From an uncultured cyanobacterium (lineage in GTDB: Bacteria > Cyanobacteriota > Cyanobacteriia > Cyanobacteriales > CAWCAG01), in assembly GCA_963803805.1 (NCBI GenBank), contig CAWDOD010000010.1, forward strand, positions 288,001 through 352,000: a DNA stretch of 64,000 nucleotides, written 5' to 3'. Position 1 is the stretch's first letter. The number at the start of each line of letters is the position of its first letter. Made by a program: the position numbers and the translations under genes. This document shows positions 59,851-64,000 of this stretch, one piece after another. The notes beneath the pieces were generated by a model. That model ran no database searches and was not told the origin of the DNA. It saw nothing but the letters and a program-made list of their open reading frames with translations.

Positions 59851-60357
59851 CTAAGAATTACTTGTAACCATCTTTTCGCATCGTTCCTTTAAAGCCTGAT
59901 TATAATCAAGATAACCTTGATAGCTAACACAATAAACCCCTCGCCAAGCTAAATAAGAAATAAGCAGCCCAGAGTTTTCATGTATTTGAATAAATCGAGT
60001 TTGCTGTTCACTAATTGCTTCAAAAATAAATGAGTGGCAAACAGTGAAAAGAAATGTTGCTCCAAAATGTCCTTGCCAAATAAAAGAATTAGGTCTATCA
60101 ATGGCTAAGAAATTAGCATTAAGCCAATGTTGTCCAAACTGTTTAAGGTTTTCTAAGAAGTGAATTTTTCCTCCAACCTGAAACTTGCCGCAAGCTTCAA
60201 TTACAAAGGGATTCCAATCTGAATAAGCTGCAAAGTCAGTGACTTGTTCCCAAACAAGCTGCTGCGGGGCATCAATTATAATTTGCGTTTTCCATCCTTT
60301 CATTAAGGATATTCTTTGTGAGATGTTTGTACTCTTTGAAGTCTGAAGCATTAGCAT
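59851..60357 (-). CDS. SRPBCC/polyketide cyclase family protein
   Basis: IIIDAP...VWEQVTDFAAYSDWNPF...NQALKERCE. Confidence 0.85.
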   Translation of the reverse strand: MLMLQTSKSTNISQRISLMKGWKTQIIIDAPQQLVWEQVTDFAAYSDWNPFVIEACGKFQVGGKIHFLENLKQFGQHWLNANFLAIDRPNSFIWQGHFGATFLFTVCHSFIFEAISEQQTRFIQIHENSGLLISYLAWRGVYCVSYQGYLDYNQALKERCEKMVTSNS

Positions 60358-60465
60358 TAATAAAATCCTCTATTAATTACTAAATAAAATAAAAAGCAAT
60401 CGGGAAGAAGTAGAGAAGAGAAAAACCCCCCAATGAATTTTGTTTTTGAGTTGAGAATAAGTAAA

Positions 60466-60733
60466 ATGAAAAAGCATAATTATAAAATCACAGTTGAATG
60501 GACTGGAAATGAAGGAAACAGAATATATTGACAACGCAACTGGAATTATGGCAGAAATGAAAAGTGGAAGTGGAAAATTTATAGAGGTAACATTGAATCC
60601 CAAGGTTAAAATTACGGATGCAAAAATGATTGAAAAAGCGAATAAACTCCACATTGAAGCGAACAAGATGTGTTTTATAGCTAATTCTTGTAATTTTAAA
60701 ATTGGACACAATTCTCAAACAAAAGTGGAATAA
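60466..60733 (+). pseudogene. OsmC/Ohr-like gene with an internal deletion and frameshift
   Basis: ATG 60466 MKKHNYKITVEWTGNEG is joined out of frame at about 60517 to TEYIDNATGIMAE..FIEVTLNPKV..LHIEANKMCFIANSCNF. The central region with the first Cys is absent. Confidence 0.75.
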
Positions 60734-60813
60734 AAGCTGCTGTCAAAAACAACTTTAAGTATCTAATTAGAGAACTCCAATAAATAAAATATCCTCACAA
60801 AGATATAAGATTT

Positions 60814-60908
60814 TAGCAACTAGCCACTAGCCATTAGCAACTAGCCACTAGCAACTAGCCATTAGCCATTAGCAACTAGCAACTAGCAACTAGCAACTAG
60901 CAACTAGC
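60814..60908. repeat. STRR heptamer array TAGC(A/C)A(C/T) x13
   Basis: 13 consecutive heptamers between convergent genes. Confidence 0.92.
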
Positions 60909-60967
60909 CCACTTAATTTCATTTTAGATTTGCAAATAATTTGGGCTTAACCCCCAGAAAAATAAAA

Positions 60968-62383
60968 CTACTGCCAAGCTTGAAAAATCTCTTCAATTCT
61001 GGCGATCGCCTCCTCCGTAGCTTCTTCAATAGAAACCCCATCAACCAAAATACGCTTCAAGGCAACTCCCCAAACATTTTCATTTACCAAAGCGCTATAA
61101 GCAGGATTGCGGGCAGAATTTAGCAAATGAGTTTTTCCTGTTAAGATCGTTTTTGCTGCCCCAGAGATATGAGGATCTTGAGGATCTTGCCAAAAAGGAT
61201 CTTGCCTCGCTGCTGCCATAACTGGAAGATAGCGCCCTCCGGAAGCCTGGAGATACTCTTCTATAGTTTCCGGTTGGATTAAATAACTTAGAAAGTCCTT
61301 TGCTAGTTTTTGATTTTTACCTTTAGCAAAAATAAACGCCTGTCGTACAGCAGTTATGTGGCTAATAGCCTTACCGTTAGGCTGAAGGGGAAACTCCAAA
61401 ATACCGATTTTATTAACATAGGTTTCTCTATCTTGGCGCAAGGCAACAGGGATAGAAAGGGTAGGGTTAGGAGTCATAACTACCACCCGATTTAAGAAGT
61501 TGCGGTTATTATCTGGATCTAACCATTGCAAGGCTTGGGGTGGTATGTAACCCTGTTGGTAAAACTGAACATACCATTTTAAAATATTGGTAATACCTTG
61601 GCGTACTTCTGGTTGATTAACCAAAAGTTCCCCGGACTCGTTCATAATCTCGATATCGTAAGCTTCTAATATTTGTTCAAATAAATAATAAGTATCAGAA
61701 GCTGCAACAGATATAGGTAGTCCTAAACCATAAATATCTTGATATTTATCTTCTGATAAATTACGTAATTTATCCTGTACTTGAGTCCAAAATGCCCAAA
61801 AATTATTCCAAGTTTGGGGAATATCTTGAGGCTTAAAACCAGCCTCTGCTAATAAGTCTTGCCAATAAAAAATATGAATAGTCGCCTGATGCAAAGGGAC
61901 AGTATAATAGCTACGTTTGTCCTCAACTTTGTTATATAAATAAGCCGCTTCCAAAGCTACAGGGGCATATAGATCCTCAACCGGTTCAATAACCTCAGAA
62001 ACATCTCCTAACTTACCTTCCCAAGCGAGTAAAGGATACTCTGCACGGCTAGAGAAGAGAATATCTGGGGGCTTTCCTGCGTGATCGGCGCGATTGGCTT
62101 TTTGAGCAATTTCATCAGCATTATAGAAAGAAATTTCAGCTTGATATCCTGTTTTTTTCTGCCAATTTTCGATAACTTGTTGTAGGGCTTCATCTTCTTC
62201 GAGGATATAGCCTTTATCCCACCAGATATTAAGTACAGCACTTTCAGGAGGTGATTTGACAACAGAGTTAGAAGGTTCTTTTTGGCAGGCGAAAGTTATG
62301 CAGCCAAGAAAAAGAATCAAGCTATAGATTAGTAAGAAGGTAACAAATTTCCTGGAACTTTTTGAGTTAATCATATCACCCAA
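60968..62383 (-). CDS. ABC sugar-type substrate-binding lipoprotein (SBP family 1)
   Basis: Lipobox FAC, LNIWWDKGY and PPDILF; the start may be the ATG at 62374. Confidence 0.88.
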   Translation of the reverse strand: MGDMINSKSSRKFVTFLLIYSLILFLGCITFACQKEPSNSVVKSPPESAVLNIWWDKGYILEEDEALQQVIENWQKKTGYQAEISFYNADEIAQKANRADHAGKPPDILFSSRAEYPLLAWEGKLGDVSEVIEPVEDLYAPVALEAAYLYNKVEDKRSYYTVPLHQATIHIFYWQDLLAEAGFKPQDIPQTWNNFWAFWTQVQDKLRNLSEDKYQDIYGLGLPISVAASDTYYLFEQILEAYDIEIMNESGELLVNQPEVRQGITNILKWYVQFYQQGYIPPQALQWLDPDNNRNFLNRVVVMTPNPTLSIPVALRQDRETYVNKIGILEFPLQPNGKAISHITAVRQAFIFAKGKNQKLAKDFLSYLIQPETIEEYLQASGGRYLPVMAAARQDPFWQDPQDPHISGAAKTILTGKTHLLNSARNPAYSALVNENVWGVALKRILVDGVSIEEATEEAIARIEEIFQAWQ

Positions 62384-62413
62384 TTTATAACTTTCCCATT
62401 ACCCATTACCCAT

Positions 62414-62523
62414 TAGACATCTCCGATAATTAAAAATCCAATCAATTCTCATACCGAAATTATCAATTCTTACCACTGTTCCCTGTTCCCCGTTCCCCGT
62501 TCCCTCTTTTCCGGAGATGTCTA
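62414..62523. mobile_element. 110-bp MITE-like element
   Basis: 12-bp terminal inverted repeats TAGACATCTCCG / CGGAGATGTCTA (including terminal TA), no ORF, internal GTTCCC(T/C) heptamers. Confidence 0.65.
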
Positions 62524-62691
62524 TTACTTATTACTTACCCCTTACCCCTTACCTAGCCAAGCTCAACAAGCATCCTTTTATACCTGACCCTTGACCCCTA
62601 ATCCCCTTTTCTTTACAAAATATTGTTAGGGATGTTAACTTCGCGGCCACATTCGACCATAATAATCGGGAGTAGTTGAGGATTATTCTCC

Positions 62692-62943
62692 ATGCCAAGA
62701 ACTCCAGACGAATATGCAGTCTCTATCATGCTCCAGGGTGGACACAAAGAAGAAGTACGTTTTGCTACCATTCAAGAATTTCAAAAATGGTACAGTGGCG
62801 AACTTATGCCCAAAGCTAATGACACTAATTTTATCAGCGTCCCGATTAAAAATATTCAAGGAGAATATATGGTCATACGTCCTTCCAACGTAGCTGCCAT
62901 CAGGGTAGAACCAATTTTTGCCGGTAGCGTGGAACGCTTTTAA
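62692..62943 (+). CDS. Conserved cyanobacterial hypothetical protein
   Basis: 83 aa, GAGG RBS, EEVRF.TIQEFQKWY..GEYMVIRP pattern. Confidence 0.8.
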   Translation: MPRTPDEYAVSIMLQGGHKEEVRFATIQEFQKWYSGELMPKANDTNFISVPIKNIQGEYMVIRPSNVAAIRVEPIFAGSVERF

Positions 62944-62966
62944 AAAGAATGCGGTCACAAGAAAGT

Positions 62967-64000
62967 ATGAAGAGAACAATCACATTACTATCATTAAGCT
63001 TAGGGCTTACCTGCTTAGTTCCCAGCTTACCAGTTAAAGCTCAGTTGACTCCTATTGATCTCCAAACATCAGGAGAAGAATTGGGGGTGGATGAGCAACT
63101 CTGGAGTAAGTTTGGGCAACCAGGGGATAAATATGCCCTCGTTCGTTCCATCGATAACAGCCTTCGCTACTTAAATACTCCTAGTGCTGCGGAAGCTTAC
63201 AAAAACTATCCTGTTCCTGGTGTTACCCTAGATAGGGTACGTCGCTCTTTGCAGCGTTTTCGACATCTCTTACTTTCTTACCGCACCCCTGAAGGATTTC
63301 AAACTGCGGTGGAGCGGGAATTTGTCTTCTATAAGTCTATAGGCAGGCCTAGTGATGGTGAGGTCTTGTTTACAGCTTATTATGAGCCGATTTACTATGG
63401 TAGTCGTGTTAGAACAGAAGAATATCGCTATCCCCTCTATCGCAAGCCAACTAACTTTGATAAGTGGGAAAAGCCCCATTTTACCCGTGAACAAATCGAA
63501 GGAAAAGATGGCTTATTAGGTGATAGTAGCCCCTTAAAGGGTTACGAAATAGTTTGGTTAAAAGACCGTCTCGAAGCTTTCTTAGTCCAAATCCAAGGTT
63601 CTGCTAATCTTCAATTAACCGATGGTACTACCATGACTGTTGGTTACGATGGGGGAACTGATTATCCTTATACCAGTATTGGTAAAGAATTAATCAAAGA
63701 TAGCATTCTACCTAGTGATGGGTTAACTTTACCTGTACTAATTGAATATTTCCGCAATAATCCCCAGCAATTAAGCGAATATATTCCTCGCAATAACCGC
63801 TTTGTTTTTATACGAGAAACCAACGGAGCTTCTGCTAGGGGAAGTATCGGAGTTCCCGTTACTCCAGAACGCTCTATAGCCACAGATAAAGCTGTAATGC
63901 CCCCTGGAGCCTTAGCTTTAGTTCGCACCCGCATTCCCTATTATACTCCTGAAGGGGTTTTAATTACCCCGGAGGTAAGTCGCTATGCCCTTGATCAAGA
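62967..64000 (+). CDS. mltA: Murein transglycosylase A (runs off the window end)
   Basis: Manual translation MKRTITLLSLSLG...VLFTAYYEPIY..YRYPLYRKP..FLVQIQGS..YPYTSIG..NNRFVF..RSIATD. Confidence 0.9.
   Translation, partial: MKRTITLLSLSLGLTCLVPSLPVKAQLTPIDLQTSGEELGVDEQLWSKFGQPGDKYALVRSIDNSLRYLNTPSAAEAYKNYPVPGVTLDRVRRSLQRFRHLLLSYRTPEGFQTAVEREFVFYKSIGRPSDGEVLFTAYYEPIYYGSRVRTEEYRYPLYRKPTNFDKWEKPHFTREQIEGKDGLLGDSSPLKGYEIVWLKDRLEAFLVQIQGSANLQLTDGTTMTVGYDGGTDYPYTSIGKELIKDSILPSDGLTLPVLIEYFRNNPQQLSEYIPRNNRFVFIRETNGASARGSIGVPVTPERSIATDKAVMPPGALALVRTRIPYYTPEGVLITPEVSRYALDQ

Noticed and set aside
60373-60718. Hydrophobic minus-strand ORFs
   Set aside because: Antisense to the A-rich OsmC remnant; the hydrophobicity follows from T-rich codons.
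63270-63934. Minus-strand ORFs at the window end
   Set aside because: Antisense shadows of mltA.
1-64000. Frequent GCGATCGC octamers as a novel repeat
   Set aside because: This is HIP1, a well-known cyanobacterial genome feature.

Overview
AT-rich cyanobacterial chromosomal segment, identified by frequent HIP1 octamers (GCGATCGC) and heptamer STRR repeats. Most of it is housekeeping: smc (partial), coaBC, hflX, guaB3, tRNA-Ser(GGA), hemE, LD-carboxypeptidase, corA, an AgcS symporter, acylphosphatase, 5-oxoprolinase, tex, a two-component cluster, ABC transporter components and mltA (partial). Three accessory blocks stand out. (1) About 6.3-12.4 kb: a defence-like island with a VapBC-type pair, a CHAT-protease/STAND-NTPase/TPR protein and HigBA. 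(2) About 34.6-44.4 kb: a type I-D CRISPR interference operon (cas3'-cas10d-cas7-cas5-cas6) with a divergent RHH-WYL regulator, a visible internal cas11d start, no cas4/1/2 and no array in the window. GTAG-type REP hairpins sit in three of its intergenic spaces, and a 24-nt element has inserted in-frame into a HIP1 site in cas3. (3) About 54.6-57.3 kb: a REP-associated tyrosine transposase (RAYT) next to a 1.25-kb tandem array of unusual long-loop REPs, followed by a DUF433/PIN toxin-antitoxin pair. Smaller signals are a frameshifted antitoxin-like domain in front of an SLH-glycoside hydrolase, a non-canonical hflX start, HxlR and OsmC gene remnants, three phased DnaA-type boxes and a MITE. 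All family assignments come from motif recognition by eye; no database searches were run.
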